Below are positions 21,202-33,777 of a stretch of 64,000 nt of DNA, one piece after another. The notes under the pieces are model-generated. The model was not told where the DNA came from and made no database searches. It worked only from the letters and a program-made list of their open reading frames with translations. The DNA is taken from the NCBI GenBank assembly GCA_964016885.1, contig OZ024744.1, forward strand, positions 114,514,001 through 114,578,000, written 5' to 3'. How positions within the stretch are numbered: the first letter of the stretch is position 1; every line of letters begins with the position of its first letter. The DNA comes from Eledone cirrhosa (taxonomy: Eukaryota). The position numbers and the translations under genes are program-made.

Positions 21202-24200
21202 CCAAATTCAATGATGTTCCAGAACAATGTAAACGAGATAATTGCCAATTTGGGTTCTGGAACAAAAAGGATCATTGGCAATAAGGGCAGGGGCCCCAAG
21301 TTATCACAACCTGGGCCCGCCCGTCATCGTGCCATTGTAATAGAGCCAAACAGGGCATTTAGTCTTGGCTGCTGGAACGTACGGACGCTGCTTGACAGGG
21401 ATTCTTTGGAGCGTCCTGAACGAAGGACCGCTCTTGTTGCGAAGGAGCTTCGACGTTACGATCTTGACATCGTGGCTTTGTCTGAGACGAGGTTAGCTGG
21501 AGATGGTCATCTTACGGAATTTTGTGGAGAATATACATTCTTCTGGAAAGGAAGAGATGAAGGAACCAGAAGAGAGGCTGGGGTAGGATTTGCTGTTAAG
21601 ACTGTACTGGTGAATAAATTGGAAGAATTCCCAGTGGGGATTAGTGAGCGTCTTATGTCCATGAGAGTTCCGCTGGACAAGGGAAGATATGCTACCCTGG
21701 TGAGTGTGTATGCTCCAACTATGAATTCTGTCGATGAAGAAAAACTGTCCTTTTACCATGCCTTGAAAGGTGTTTTAAGAAATATCCCTCAGGCAGACAA
21801 AGTCATCGTGCTTGGTGACTTTAATGCTAGAGTGGGTAGGGATTTTAACACATGGAATGTAATCGGAAGGCATGGGGTGGGAAAGTGTAACAGCAATGGT
21901 ATGCTCTTGCTGCAGATGTGTGAGGAGCTGGATCTGTGTGTTACCAACACCATGTTCCAACAAAAGAACAAATTCAAGACCACATGGATGCATCCTGCAT
22001 CTAAGGAATGGCATCTTTTGGACTACGTCCTAGTCAGGATGCGTGACAGACAGGATGTGCGGTGTGTTCGTGTTCTTCGTGGAGCTGAGTGCTGGACGGA
22101 CCACCGCCTGGTACGCGCAAAAGTGAATCTAATCACCAAACGTAAAATCCGGGCTCCTGGTGTTACCCTGCCCAAAAGATTGAATGCTGCTCGTCTTAAG
22201 GATAAAAATGTGAAGAGGACATTGGAAGAAGAGATGCAGGCTGCAGATCTTGGTGAGGATTGGCCGACCCTTAAAAAGTCGGTTTATGATGTAGGCAGAC
22301 GTGTTCTGGGATTGGTGCAGAGAAAACATCAGGACTGGTTTAATGAGAAAGATGTGCATATAGATGACTTGTTGGCTGATAAGAGGCGCGCTCTGTCACG
22401 CTACTTGACGGCAAGGCCACAGGAGAGGAATACGTTGCATGAGGAGCTCAGGGATGTAAAATCACGTGTTAGGCGGAGTCTTTCTCAGATGAAGGATCAG
22501 TGGTGGAGTGAGAAGGCTGGTGAGATACAAACTGCGTCTGATTGCAATAACACAAAGCTGTTGTACAGTCTCTTGCGTGAGGTTTATGGACCGTCTTCTT
22601 CTCTGGTGACACCGATTCGCAGCAAGGATGGCAAAGAACTTCTTCGTGACTCACAGGGAATTCTACGAAGGTGGCGGGAGCACTTTGATGATCTTTTGAA
22701 TCAGCCGTCTGTCGTCAGTGAAGATTTCCTCAATCTCATTCCGGAAAGTCCTGTGAAAGTAGCTCTCGCAGAGCCTCCGACACTTGTGGAGGTTGCAGTG
22801 GCTATTTCGAAGCTGAACAGTGGAAGATCTCCAGGTATGGATGGCATACATGCTGAGCTCCTACAATATGGTGGTGAGAGACTCCTGCAACATCTTCACT
22901 CTCTGTTTGGAAGGATATGGGCTAATGAATCCGTGCCTGAGGACTGGAGAGATGCAGTAATGGTGGTCTTGTACAAGGGAAAGGGTAACAGGAATGATTG
23001 TGGGAACTACAGAGGTATATCATTGCTTTCTGTCGTGGGGAAAGTTTTATGTAGGGTGCTTCTGGACCGTCTGCTGACACACATTGCAGATTGTGTCCTT
23101 CCTGAAAGTCAATCTGGTTTTCGTGTTGGACGCGGCACTACTGATATGATCTTCTCAGCTAGACAGCTCCAGGAGAAGTGCATTGAACAGGGCTTGGATC
23201 TGTATCAGGTTTTTGTCGATCTGACAAAGGCTTTCGATACTGTCAACAGAGATGCATTATGGAAGGTTCTCCAGAAACTTGGTTGCCCTGATAAGTTCCT
23301 TGCTTTAGTTAGGTCTTTCCATGACGACATGAAGGCTTGGGTTAATGTCGGAGGTAACATGTCGGAGCCTATCTCAGTAAAAAATGGAGTGAAACAGGGG
23401 GATATTCCAGCACCGACCCTGTTTGCCATATACTTTGCAATGGTTTTCTGTATTGCATTCAGGAATTGCGAGCATGGTGTTTACATCCGATATCGAACCT
23501 CAGGCAGCATATTTAACATCAGGCGCTTTGCTGCGAAGACAAAAGTATTTACATCAGTCATAAGAGACCTCTTGTATGCAGATGATTGCGATCTTGTAGC
23601 GCACACAGAGAGTGATATGCAGCACATTTTGAATGTATTTTCTGACGCTTGCACTGCCCTGGGTTTGACTGTCAGTCTCAAGAAAACCGTCGTCATGTAC
23701 CAACCTGCACCTGGTAGGCAGTACACTGAACCAAACATCTATGTGTATGGCAAACGACTTGGAGTGGTTGATCAGTTTGTCTACCTGGGAAGCACTGTCA
23801 ATCGATACGGCAACCTTGACAGTGAAATCTCACTTAGGATTAGGAAAGCAAGTGATGCTTTCGGAAAGCTAGAAAGGCGACTCTGGGGTCGGCGAGACAT
23901 ATGCAGGAGGACAAAGGTAAAGGTGTACAGGGCATGTGTACTCTCTTGTCTTCTTTATGCCTGCGAGACCTGGGTCACATATCGACGCCACCTTAAGCAA
24001 TTGGAGCGTTTCCATCAGATGTGTCTCAGACGGATACATGGCGTTCGCTGGAGGGACCACATCAGTGATGTCGAGATTTTGGAAAGCTCTATGTGTGACA
24101 GTATAGAAGCTCTTGTGCTTAAGCAGCGACTCCGTTGGAGTGGTCACCTTGCCAGGATGAAGGATTCTAGAATACCAAAACAACTCTTCTATGGAGAGTT

Positions 24201-24764
24201 GGTTAAAGGAAAACGACCGCCACATAAACCAAAAAAGAGGTATAAGGATTCCTTGAAGGCCTCTCTGAAAGACGCTAACATCTCTGCTGATACATGGGAA
24301 AATATTGCTGCTGATCGTAATAAATGGAGAAAGACTGTATATGAGGGAAAAGTTGCCTTTGAGGCATCTCGAATCGCACACGAGAAAGTAAAGCGGGACG
24401 TGAGGAAGGGTATTGCTGTTGCACTTCCAGACGGCGAGGGTCCTCCTATGTTTCTGACATGCAGCGTCTGTGCGAGACTCTGCCTAAGCAAAGCTGGACT
24501 CGAAAGTCATCTTCGCAGTCATAAAGTAAGACCAGTGGTTGACTACCAGGCTGCTGTTGGAGATGCTACTCATCATGCTTGCCAAACATGTGGTAGAGAA
24601 TGTAAATCAGCAGGAGGACTCAAGCGACATGCAAAAGTACACGAACTCCAACCACAGCCGACTATTCCCAGTAAATGTTTTGGTTGCCGACTCTGTGCAA
24701 GACATTTTGGATCATTGGCTGGGCTAAAAAGCCACATTCGATCGCAGCACTGTTAGTTGCTATC

Positions 24765-24802
<38 letters not shown>

Positions 24803-24881
24803 GCTTATGTGCGTGCGTGTGTGTGTATATATATATGAATATGTATATTATTATTGTTGTTGTCGTTATTATTATTATTGC

Positions 24882-24945
<64 letters not shown>

Positions 24946-25003
24946 TTTTTATTTTTTTTTTTTTTTTTATTGTGCAATGGCCATACTCGATAACGAGGGG
25001 GCA

Positions 25004-25010
<7 letters not shown>
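20790..25010 (+). mobile_element. Full-length, apparently intact RTE (BovB-like) LINE
   Basis: Structured 5'UTR, single uninterrupted 1181-aa ORF, 3'UTR ending ggccatactcgataacgagggggcagccatca followed by (TA)n. Confidence 0.93.
21211..24756 (+). CDS. RTE LINE polyprotein: APE endonuclease + reverse transcriptase + three C-terminal C2H2 zinc fingers
   Basis: APE motifs WNVRTL, LSETR, YAPT, GDFNARVG, LDY, TDH; RT motifs YRGISLL, QSGFR, FVDLTKAFD, KQG, YADD, FVYLG; three CxxC-x12-H-x3/4-H fingers. Confidence 0.96.
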   Translation: MMFQNNVNEIIANLGSGTKRIIGNKGRGPKLSQPGPARHRAIVIEPNRAFSLGCWNVRTLLDRDSLERPERRTALVAKELRRYDLDIVALSETRLAGDGHLTEFCGEYTFFWKGRDEGTRREAGVGFAVKTVLVNKLEEFPVGISERLMSMRVPLDKGRYATLVSVYAPTMNSVDEEKLSFYHALKGVLRNIPQADKVIVLGDFNARVGRDFNTWNVIGRHGVGKCNSNGMLLLQMCEELDLCVTNTMFQQKNKFKTTWMHPASKEWHLLDYVLVRMRDRQDVRCVRVLRGAECWTDHRLVRAKVNLITKRKIRAPGVTLPKRLNAARLKDKNVKRTLEEEMQAADLGEDWPTLKKSVYDVGRRVLGLVQRKHQDWFNEKDVHIDDLLADKRRALSRYLTARPQERNTLHEELRDVKSRVRRSLSQMKDQWWSEKAGEIQTASDCNNTKLLYSLLREVYGPSSSLVTPIRSKDGKELLRDSQGILRRWREHFDDLLNQPSVVSEDFLNLIPESPVKVALAEPPTLVEVAVAISKLNSGRSPGMDGIHAELLQYGGERLLQHLHSLFGRIWANESVPEDWRDAVMVVLYKGKGNRNDCGNYRGISLLSVVGKVLCRVLLDRLLTHIADCVLPESQSGFRVGRGTTDMIFSARQLQEKCIEQGLDLYQVFVDLTKAFDTVNRDALWKVLQKLGCPDKFLALVRSFHDDMKAWVNVGGNMSEPISVKNGVKQGDIPAPTLFAIYFAMVFCIAFRNCEHGVYIRYRTSGSIFNIRRFAAKTKVFTSVIRDLLYADDCDLVAHTESDMQHILNVFSDACTALGLTVSLKKTVVMYQPAPGRQYTEPNIYVYGKRLGVVDQFVYLGSTVNRYGNLDSEISLRIRKASDAFGKLERRLWGRRDICRRTKVKVYRACVLSCLLYACETWVTYRRHLKQLERFHQMCLRRIHGVRWRDHISDVEILESSMCDSIEALVLKQRLRWSGHLARMKDSRIPKQLFYGELVKGKRPPHKPKKRYKDSLKASLKDANISADTWENIAADRNKWRKTVYEGKVAFEASRIAHEKVKRDVRKGIAVALPDGEGPPMFLTCSVCARLCLSKAGLESHLRSHKVRPVVDYQAAVGDATHHACQTCGRECKSAGGLKRHAKVHELQPQPTIPSKCFGCRLCARHFGSLAGLKSHIRSQHC

Positions 25011-25044
<34 letters not shown>

Positions 25045-25096
25045 GATATGTACATGTGTATATATATGTGTGTGTGTATGTGTGTGTGTGTGTGTG

Positions 25097-25127
<31 letters not shown>

Positions 25128-25190
25128 ATGTATGAATATATGTATGTGTATATGTGTGTATATATGTGTATGTGTGTGTAGGTGTACGCT

Positions 25191-25226
<36 letters not shown>

Positions 25227-25426
25227 ATATGTATATGTGTATGCGTGCAATTATATGTGTATATATGTGTGTGTGTGTAAGTATGCTTTTGTGTTTTTTT
25301 GTGTGTGTTTGCATGTGTAGTTTTATTTTATTTTATTTTTCCTTTCCTTCTCCCTTTTCCAGCCTCACTTTCATATAGATTGCATTTTTGTTTTTAGAAT
25401 CCATATTCAATAAACAAACCAGGATT

Positions 25427-25486
25427 TTTCATTCTGAGGATTGAAAGCAAAACCTTTTGCTTTTAAGAAACCACTGGTAAATGGAA
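25427..25486 (+). ncRNA. Type-I hammerhead ribozyme (family B) near the 3' end of repeat X
   Basis: tttcatt CTGAGGA ttgaaagcaaaa-cc-ttttgcttttaa GAAA cc-act-gg TA aatggaa; all three stems pair; GUA triplet. Confidence 0.88.
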
Positions 25487-25588
25487 TAATTGCCTTATGT
25501 TGTTTATTACATAATAATAATAATTAAGCTCTGTTGCATACATAGAGCACTCTTTTTTCCTGGACTTTTCCGATGGAATTACTTCATT

Positions 25589-25660
<72 letters not shown>

Positions 25661-25874
25661 CATACATATATATATACACATACATACACTCATACATACA
25701 CACACGCACACATATATACACACATATATGTGTATATAAATACACACACACACATATAAACATACGCACATAAATATCAACACATCCATACATACACATA
25801 CATAAATGCACTCCTCTACATATTCACACACGCAAATAAATATAAGAAAAAAAAAATATATATATATATATATA

Positions 25875-27801
25875 TGTAGATAAATCGACCAAGAGTTTAC
25901 GGTAGTGTCCAATCCGTATGAAGAACTCAATGTAATGTCAAACATTTTTATAACTTTGAATAACTTTGAAATGTTTTGGCCAGTATTGGCCCAGGCCATG
26001 TCTAACTTAATAGCACCACCTGGCGAAGTCTTTCAATTCAGGATTTGGGCACCATGGCCCATTCGAGAAGAGAATTACTGTTTGCGGAGACATATCCGGG
26101 TGTGGGTGGTTTGTCCGGGATTACTTGGAGGAATTTGTCCAAAGACTTCTTGAATTTTGGGTGGTCAGTTTCTGTTTTGACGTGTCCTGGTGTGATGTTG
26201 AAGAGAGCAGGGCCGATTGAGGTGAAATAATTGTGCCGTATTGTTGTTATGAGTTGCGATTTAGATTTTTGAATGGGACGGATAGCACGGGGCCCAAGCC
26301 TTGGGTGTATCTTGAAGGCGATGCCAACATCATTTGGACAGTGATGATGGAACATTTTCCACATCATGCAGATAATATAACGCTCACGGCGACGTTGGAG
26401 TGAGTAAAGTTTCAGGTTTTCTAATCGACCCCAGTAGTCAAGGTCTGACATGCCATCTATCTTTTTCGTGATTGCCCTTTGAGGAGCTTCAAGTTTCATG
26501 ATACTTTGTTTCGTGTGGGGAGACCACAGTGGACAACAGTATTCAAGGTGTGGTCGGGCAAAAGTAGAGAAGAGAAGGATAATGGTGCGGGAATCTCTCG
26601 ACTGGAAGGTTCTGAGGATCCAGGAACACATTCTGCGGGCCATGTCAACTTTGCTGCTTATATGCGTGGTCCAGCTTATGTTGCTGTCCACGGTTACTCC
26701 CAAGTCTCTGATGTTGTTAGATGCCACGAGAGTTTCCCTGGAGGGAAGGGAGTACGGGAGTTTCAGAGCATCCTCTTTTCCAAAGTGGATCAGTTCGAAT
26801 TTGTCTTCGTTCAGTAACATGTTGTTCTTTTCTGCCCATTGGGTAACAGCCAGTAGGTCTGACTGAAGGCTTATCCGGTCATCCACGCCATTGATGACCT
26901 TTTGGAGCTTGGAATCATCAGCGAAAATTTTAATGTTGCTGTGTTTGATGATGTCAGTGATGTCATTAATATAGATGATGAAGAGAAGTGGGCCCAACAC
27001 AGTGCCTTGTGGGACTCCACTACTGACTTTGGCTGGGCTTGATTTGACTCCCTCAACTACAACATGTTGGTTTCTGTTTGACAGGAAGCTCTTGATCCAC
27101 TGCAGCAGCTTTCCAGTGACACCAATATTGGACAGCTTTCTCAGTAGAATGTTATGATCAACCCTGTCAAAGGCCTTGCTGAAATCAACGTAGATAACAT
27201 CAGTGTTGGAACCCTCTCCCAAGGCTCTCAAAATGTCATCAAAGTGATGCAGTAGCTGCGTCAGGCAATCCCTTCCATTACGGAATCCATGCTGGTTGGA
27301 GTTCAGCATATTGTTACTCTCAAGGAAGTGGGTCATTCGCGATCTCACCACTCGCTCAAATACCTTAATGATATGAGAGGTGAGTGAGATTGGACGGTAA
27401 TTCACGGCAAGGGATTTGTTTCCCTTTTTGAAAACTGGGACAACAGACTGGGATAGAAGGTTTTCTGGCACATAACCAGCATCCAGTGAGTTCCGCCACA
27501 GATTGGCAAGAGGAGATGCAAGTTGGTGTTGACACGCCTTCAAGACACAAGCAGGGAACCTATCGGGACCTACTGCTGAATTATGCTTGATTTCCTTTAT
27601 TGCCGCCAAGACATCAGGGGCGCCAAACGTTATGTCCGATAAGGTGTAATGGGGAGTAACATCGCCGATACAGCCCAGATCGGCCATATCAGGATTGCTG
27701 AAAACAGAGCAGTATTGTTTCTGCAGTATCTCACCCATGGTTTTAGCATTGTCTTGAAGAGTGCCATTTTCATCAATTAGAGGGCCAACAGTAGAGCCAG
27801 T
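25875..27801 (-). mobile_element. 5'-truncated CR1-group LINE inserted in a (TA)n run
   Basis: Open RT frame plus ~160-bp 3'UTR; (TA)n on both sides. Confidence 0.9.
26038..27738 (-). CDS. CR1-like reverse transcriptase (EN domain lost by truncation; frame still open)
   Basis: NYRPISLTS, QHGFR, YVDFSKAFD, SGVPQGTVLGPLLF, FADD, RDLGV, RPHLEYCCPLWSP, LQRRRERY. Confidence 0.9.
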   Translation of the reverse strand: MGEILQKQYCSVFSNPDMADLGCIGDVTPHYTLSDITFGAPDVLAAIKEIKHNSAVGPDRFPACVLKACQHQLASPLANLWRNSLDAGYVPENLLSQSVVPVFKKGNKSLAVNYRPISLTSHIIKVFERVVRSRMTHFLESNNMLNSNQHGFRNGRDCLTQLLHHFDDILRALGEGSNTDVIYVDFSKAFDRVDHNILLRKLSNIGVTGKLLQWIKSFLSNRNQHVVVEGVKSSPAKVSSGVPQGTVLGPLLFIIYINDITDIIKHSNIKIFADDSKLQKVINGVDDRISLQSDLLAVTQWAEKNNMLLNEDKFELIHFGKEDALKLPYSLPSRETLVASNNIRDLGVTVDSNISWTTHISSKVDMARRMCSWILRTFQSRDSRTIILLFSTFARPHLEYCCPLWSPHTKQSIMKLEAPQRAITKKIDGMSDLDYWGRLENLKLYSLQRRRERYIICMMWKMFHHHCPNDVGIAFKIHPRLGPRAIRPIQKSKSQLITTIRHNYFTSIGPALFNITPGHVKTETDHPKFKKSLDKFLQVIPDKPPTPGYVSANSNSLLEWAMVPKS

Positions 27802-28349
27802 GATATATATATATATAAAAATGTTTGACAGCGATACAGAAGGCAGCTAACTGGACAGACACGCGTGGTAAGTAATACACACAAATGCACGTATACATAC
27901 GTACGAAATAGTAAATACATACACACACTCTCGCACATAAATATACATATACAAATACATAAACACATACATACATGCACAAACACGCACACGCACACGT
28001 ATACAATTATACACACACATATGTATATGTAATTATACACACACACAAATATATATATATAGAGATAAATATAAACATACACACACACACAATTATGTAT
28101 ACATACACACATACAAATACATACATAGCTATACAATTATACACATACAAATACGTGCATATCATAAACACGCACAACCAAATACAAACACACACGCACA
28201 TACATATATATATATATACACACATACACACACATACACATATACATGTGTGTGTGTGTAAAACTCAGTCTTAGATAATTCATATGAACCTTACATATAC
28301 ATATATATAGTAGTAAAGTAATAAAGTAATAAGCAACATAAGGCAATTA

Positions 28350-28409
28350 TTCCATTCACCAATGGTTTCTTAAAAGCAAAAAATGTTTCCTTCAATCTTC
28401 AGAAGGAAA
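28350..28409 (-). ncRNA. Type-I hammerhead (family A; GUG triplet, probably inactive)
   Basis: ttcctt CTGAAGA ttgaagg..cttttaa GAAA cca-t-tgg TG aatggaa; paralogous to family B. Confidence 0.7.
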
Positions 28410-30544
28410 AAAACCTGGTCTATCTACATATACATACATATACACACACAAATATACATATATATACATATATATACACACACATATACACATATATATA
28501 TATATACATATATATACACACAAATATACATACACATAGGTATGTGAAGGGCGAGGCAAAAAGAATATGGGGGGGGGGCATAGGAAAAGGTAAAATATAG
28601 GGGAGGTAAGGGAGAAAAAAAAAAAAAAATAAATAAATATACAAGAGTACAGAACGTAGAATCAGCAAAAAAACCGTAGCAGAAGTAAAGAGCAGGAAAG
28701 GAGTTCAAGGCGGTTGATTTATCATAGGAGTGTCAATCCAGTTACAGATAAGATGCGATTTCAGATGAGGACAGCATATGAAGATCTCAGTTTTTGAGTT
28801 AAGGCAAGCGGAAGTGGCTCTCAAGTTTAGCAAAATCCTATACTTTTCTGTGGTACACAAAGAATAATTCTTTGTGCCCCTTTGGTACTCCCTCGAATGG
28901 TCTAATATAGAGCAATCAATAGAGTACGGGATGTTACTATCCCTGAGTTCCCACACCTTACTTGCGAGGGCCGTTGATGTTCGTTTATCGGAGTGCTTAA
29001 AAGAAGCGACATGTGAGTAAAATCTGGTTTTAAACCTGTCCTGGGTCATACCGACATATCGCTCACTCCTGGCTGGCTGGTTGTTGATTACCGGTGTTAT
29101 CTTAGCCTCATAAACAACAGATTTGGTGTTACATTTACCCTGCAATGGGCATTCATCCGGCTTCCTGCAACTGCATCCTGGATTTATTCTCGTATGGTTT
29201 GAACTGGTGATTTTGGACTTCATAGATGGGCAACAAGAGTAGCTGATCTTAACTACGTTCCTATTAAATATCTTATATCTATGATTAGGAGGAAAATGTT
29301 TGTCTAATAGTTCAAGGAATTTCCTTCCTACATTAGTTTTGACAGTTAGAGAGAAGGGGTGTGTGAACCAAATAATCTTCCTTTTCCTGTTATTGTGGTT
29401 AGTTTTAGGGGGGGGGGGGTAAATAAGAAGTTTTTTCTGTAAAACCGCTGTTCTTAAGGGCTTTATTATAATAAGGGGCGGCTTTATTAAAAATGTCTAG
29501 AGACGAAGATAAGGTAGAAATCCTACGGCTAATGTTAGGAATAAGATTATTAAAATCTATAGGGGGATGGCAAGACTCTTTGTGTATATACCTAAGATTT
29601 TCATTAGGTTTATGATAGGGTTTAAAAGAGGCGGTAAGTAGATCAAGATTAATATCAAGAAAGTTAGCATTAGTAAGGTTCGTATCTATGGTGATTTTAA
29701 GGTTAAGATTAGCAAAAGTATTGAATAAATCTTTACGGAATTTATCAAGGTTATGGCCGTTGGTGGTATGAGAAACTGCCAATCCGTCGTCACGGTATAA
29801 ACCGATATTATGGGACGGAAATTTCTCTTTGAGGGTGTGGAGAAGGAATAATCCTACTAAGTCACACACATCCGCACTGTCATATGAACCCATTGCAACA
29901 TCAAAAGAGTTTTCAGGGTTTGACTTTTTAACCCAAATATTTTCATTAGTAAAGAGTAAAGTTTTTCTAGCATGAAAGATAATGTCTTCTTCTAATTTAG
30001 AAATATTAATGAAGGGTCTTGCAAAATGTAAGGCATTAGTTAATAAGGAAACAGTAATAGAGGGGTAAAAATCGACAATATCAAATTGGGTAAATCTACA
30101 CTTATTTTTACCTTGTATATTATTGAACCAAGAAATAACAGAGGAAGTATTTAGCCACTGTGATAGGTCAGAGTTAGATCTAATTTGGAGAATTATTTTT
30201 CTTAAGATTTTCTTACTTGCAAGGCCAACCTCGGATTTAGCCGGGTTAATCAATCTACAACTAGGTCGATTAGTAAAGTCCAATTTATGGTCTTTAAGAG
30301 TAATATATGCATTACGCTTTTTTTTCTCCCTTACCTCCCTTACCTCCCCTATATTTCACCTTTTCCTATCCCCCCCACCCCCAACATATTCTTTTTGCCT
30401 TGCCCTTCACATACCTATGTGTATGTATATTTGTGTGTATATATATGTATATATATATATATGTGTATATGTGTGTGTATATATATGTATATATATGTAT
30501 ATTTGTGTGTGTATATGTATGTATATGTAGATAGACCAGGTTTT

Positions 30545-30604
30545 TTTCATTCTGAAGATTGAAGGAAAAATTTTTTACTTTTAAGAAACCATTGGTGAAT
30601 GGAA
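30545..30604 (+). ncRNA. Type-I hammerhead (family A, inverted pLTR copy; GUG triplet)
   Basis: tttcatt CTGAAGA ttgaagg..cttttaa GAAA ccattgg TG aatggaa. Confidence 0.72.
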
Positions 30605-30705
30605 TAATTGCCTGATGTTGCTTATTACTTTATTACTTTACTACTATATATATGTATATGTAAGGTTCATATGAATTATCTAAGACTGAGTTTTACACAC
30701 ACACA

Positions 30706-30778
<73 letters not shown>

Positions 30779-30781
<3 letters not shown>

Positions 30782-30837
30782 TAAATCTACCAAAAGTTTA
30801 CGGTAGTGTCCAATTCGTATGAAGAACTCAATGTAAT
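30779..30837 (-). mobile_element. ~60-bp 3' tip of the CR1-like LINE
   Basis: Matches 25878-25936 and abuts (TA)n in the same way. Confidence 0.8.
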
Positions 30838-31475
30838 CCGGATATCATGGAAAGAAGAGATGCATTCAAAAATCACTTTCGGTGAAAGATAAACGGAATA
30901 CAGAGTCAAGATAAAATATTAAAAAAATAATGAATAAAACAATGAAACAGTTCCTTATATTAACCAAAAAAAGTTCATTATTTAACGATCGTTTCTAGGA
31001 CATATATGTGTTAGAATTGGCATGCATATTCAAAAGATCTATGTACAAAATTATACAAAATTATACAAACTATCAAATAGAATATACATACCAACACATA
31101 CATATGCCGTCTTCAGAAATAATGAAGTATATTTATTGATAATAACAACAATTCAAAATGACAGGTCTGTTTGGGAACAGATTTTAAATAGACCAATGAA
31201 ATACATAAAAATACATCAAGAAAATACAGTTAGGTGTGTGTATATATGCAAGTAACTTCGTTCACAGATATGCATAAAAATGTATGTTCACATGCATACG
31301 CATGTCGAAAAAGTGTATGTAAATACAAAAATTCAGGGCTAATGTCTCTGTATGTTTATAATCCACAGACAAAATACACATACGTATACATACATATATA
31401 CACTCATATATACACACATATACATACATTCATACACACACACGCATATACACATAAACATACACATACCCACGA

Positions 31476-31516
<41 letters not shown>

Positions 31517-31746
31517 TACGTATATATTATTATTATATAACTATATGGATATTGAGGCGCACACATAAACACGGCCACATACACTTACATCTAGATGCAG
31601 AACTAAAAATAGGTAAGGGAGTAAGTAAATTACAGAGGGTGTCAGACTCAGCATATTTATAAAAATGTATCTATAAATTTAGAAATAAAAAGAAATATAT
31701 TAAAAGAAATAAACAAGTAAAAGATATACTCATACATATAAATACA

Positions 31747-31751
31747 CACCG

Positions 31752-31840
<89 letters not shown>

Positions 31841-32328
31841 TATATACATATATATATATATACATACATATACACATACACACACACATATATATACACA
31901 CATACTCACAACACACATATATACATATATGTACACAGACATACACACATACATACATATACACATATATATACATATATATACATATATATATATACAC
32001 ACATATATATATACACACATATATATACACATACACACATACATATACGTATATATACATACACACACATACCCATGTATATATACACACAACCACACAC
32101 TCACACACAACTCAGACATACATAAATATAGAGACATACATACACACATATATACACATACATATATACATACATATAAATATATATACACATATATATA
32201 TACACACATATATATATATATATATATAAAAAATAAATAAATACACACAGTCAGACAATTATGCACATATATACACATACATACACACATCTCTACAAAT
32301 ACATATACATACACATAGATACATACAC

Positions 32329-32417
<89 letters not shown>
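31747..32417. repeat. Compound (TA)n/(CA)n/(TACA)n microsatellite (representative of many in the window)
   Basis: Direct inspection; similar tracts at 5136-5400, 42866-43050, 50642-50865, 54084-54650 and 56822-57060. Confidence 0.95.
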
Positions 32418-32420
<3 letters not shown>

Positions 32421-32460
32421 GATATTAAATAAATGGAAACTATATTTATAAAACCATATT

Positions 32461-32526
32461 TATTTCATTATATATATTTCAGGGATATCACATTAAAAAT
32501 ATGGTATGCCTTCTTCAGACAAAATA
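32461..32526 (-). ncRNA. Type-I hammerhead, left arm of palindrome
   Basis: tattttgt CTGAAGA aggcataccatat-tttta-atgtgatatccct GAAA tatata TA atgaaata; stem III ATATATAT. Confidence 0.75.
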
Positions 32527-32787
32527 CAATATAAACAGTCTTATAAATAGATAGATTTTACATACCTTTCAACTTCATCTTCCATTTAAAAGGTTGATTT
32601 GGTAGTGAAAAATGTTAGGGACAGTTATAAAAAGAAAGAAAGAAAAAAGCGAAGAAAAAGAAGAAATGCATGCAACTAAATAGAGAGAGATAGATATAGA
32701 GAGATAGATAGAGAGAAGAAATTCATGTAAAGAAACAGAGAGAAATATATAGAGAGAGGAAAAAAAGACAGAGGGAGATAGATAGAG

Positions 32788-32819
<32 letters not shown>

Positions 32820-33433
32820 AAGAAAATAGGTAGTTGGGCACCAGTTGAATGACGTATCAATGATATATTTATTTATTTATTTATTTATTTAGTTCTAGTA
32901 TTAAGGTAGAGAGAGATATATGTGGTTAGGAGAGAAAACAGCCGTTACATAGAGAGAAAAGAAAATATCCAGACATAAACGAGGCAGAATTAAAACATTA
33001 TGTTTCATCAATGTAAAAATTAGGTATTATAATGTAAATATCAGTATTCATGAATGAGACACGTATCAATAATGTGTGAAAAATAATGATCATATGTCTA
33101 GTTTAAAATTCAGAGTTGAGATAAAACTGAGATAAAAAACTGAATTTTAAACTAGACATATGATGATTATTTTTCACACATTATTGATACGTGTCTCATT
33201 CATGAATACTGATATTTACATTATAATACCTAATTTTTACATTGATGAAACATAATGTTTTAATTCTGCCTCGTTTATGTCTGGATATTTTCTTTTCTCT
33301 CTATGTAACGGCTGTTTTCTCTCCTAACCACATATATCTCTCTCTACCTTAATACTAGAACTAAATAAATAAATAAATAAATAAATATATCATTGATACG
33401 TCATTCAACTGGTGCCCAACTACCTATTTTCTT

Positions 33434-33465
<32 letters not shown>

Positions 33466-33711
33466 CTATCTATCTCCCTCTGTCTTTATATATTTCTCTC
33501 TGTTTCTTTACATGAATTTCTTCTCTCTATCTATCTCTCTATATCTATCTCTCTCTATTTAGTTGCATGCATTTCTTCTTTTTCTTCGCTTTTTTCTTTC
33601 TTTCTTTTTATAACTGTCCCTAACATTTTTCACTACCAAATCAACTTTTTAAATGGAAGATGAAGTTGAAAGGTATGTCAAATCTATCTATTTATAAGAC
33701 TGTTTATATTG

Positions 33712-33777
33712 TATTTTGTCTGAAGAAGGCATACCATATTTTTAATGTGATATCCCTGAAATATATATAATCAAATA
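33712..33777 (+). ncRNA. Type-I hammerhead, right arm of palindrome
   Basis: Same motif on the + strand with one stem I mismatch. Confidence 0.72.

Larger units (their letters stand above)
25600..28240 (-). repeat. Repeat X, minus-strand copy, split by a CR1-like LINE
   Basis: 27805-28240 and 25680-25865 are reverse complements of consecutive parts of 37560-38420. Confidence 0.75.
28240..30720 (-). mobile_element. 5'-truncated Naiad-like PLE flanked by inverted pLTRs
   Basis: RT 29405-30283 (FDIVDFYPSI, MGSYD, GLYRDDGL) and GIY-YIG 28705-29223; 28241-28620 and 30318-30712 are inverted copies, each with a hammerhead. Confidence 0.92.

Noticed and set aside
24675-25999. Many ORFs rich in IY/VC/TH/poly-L/poly-H (also at 2470, 5100, 31657-32314, 37495-38582, 54084-54668, 56811-57565)
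   Set aside because: They are translations of (TA)n, (TG)n, (ATT)n and (GAT)n microsatellites, which lack stops in some frames; not genes
30974-31005. Minus-strand GAAACGATCGTT hammerhead 3' half
   Set aside because: The CUGANGA segment is missing; remnant only, not called as a ribozyme
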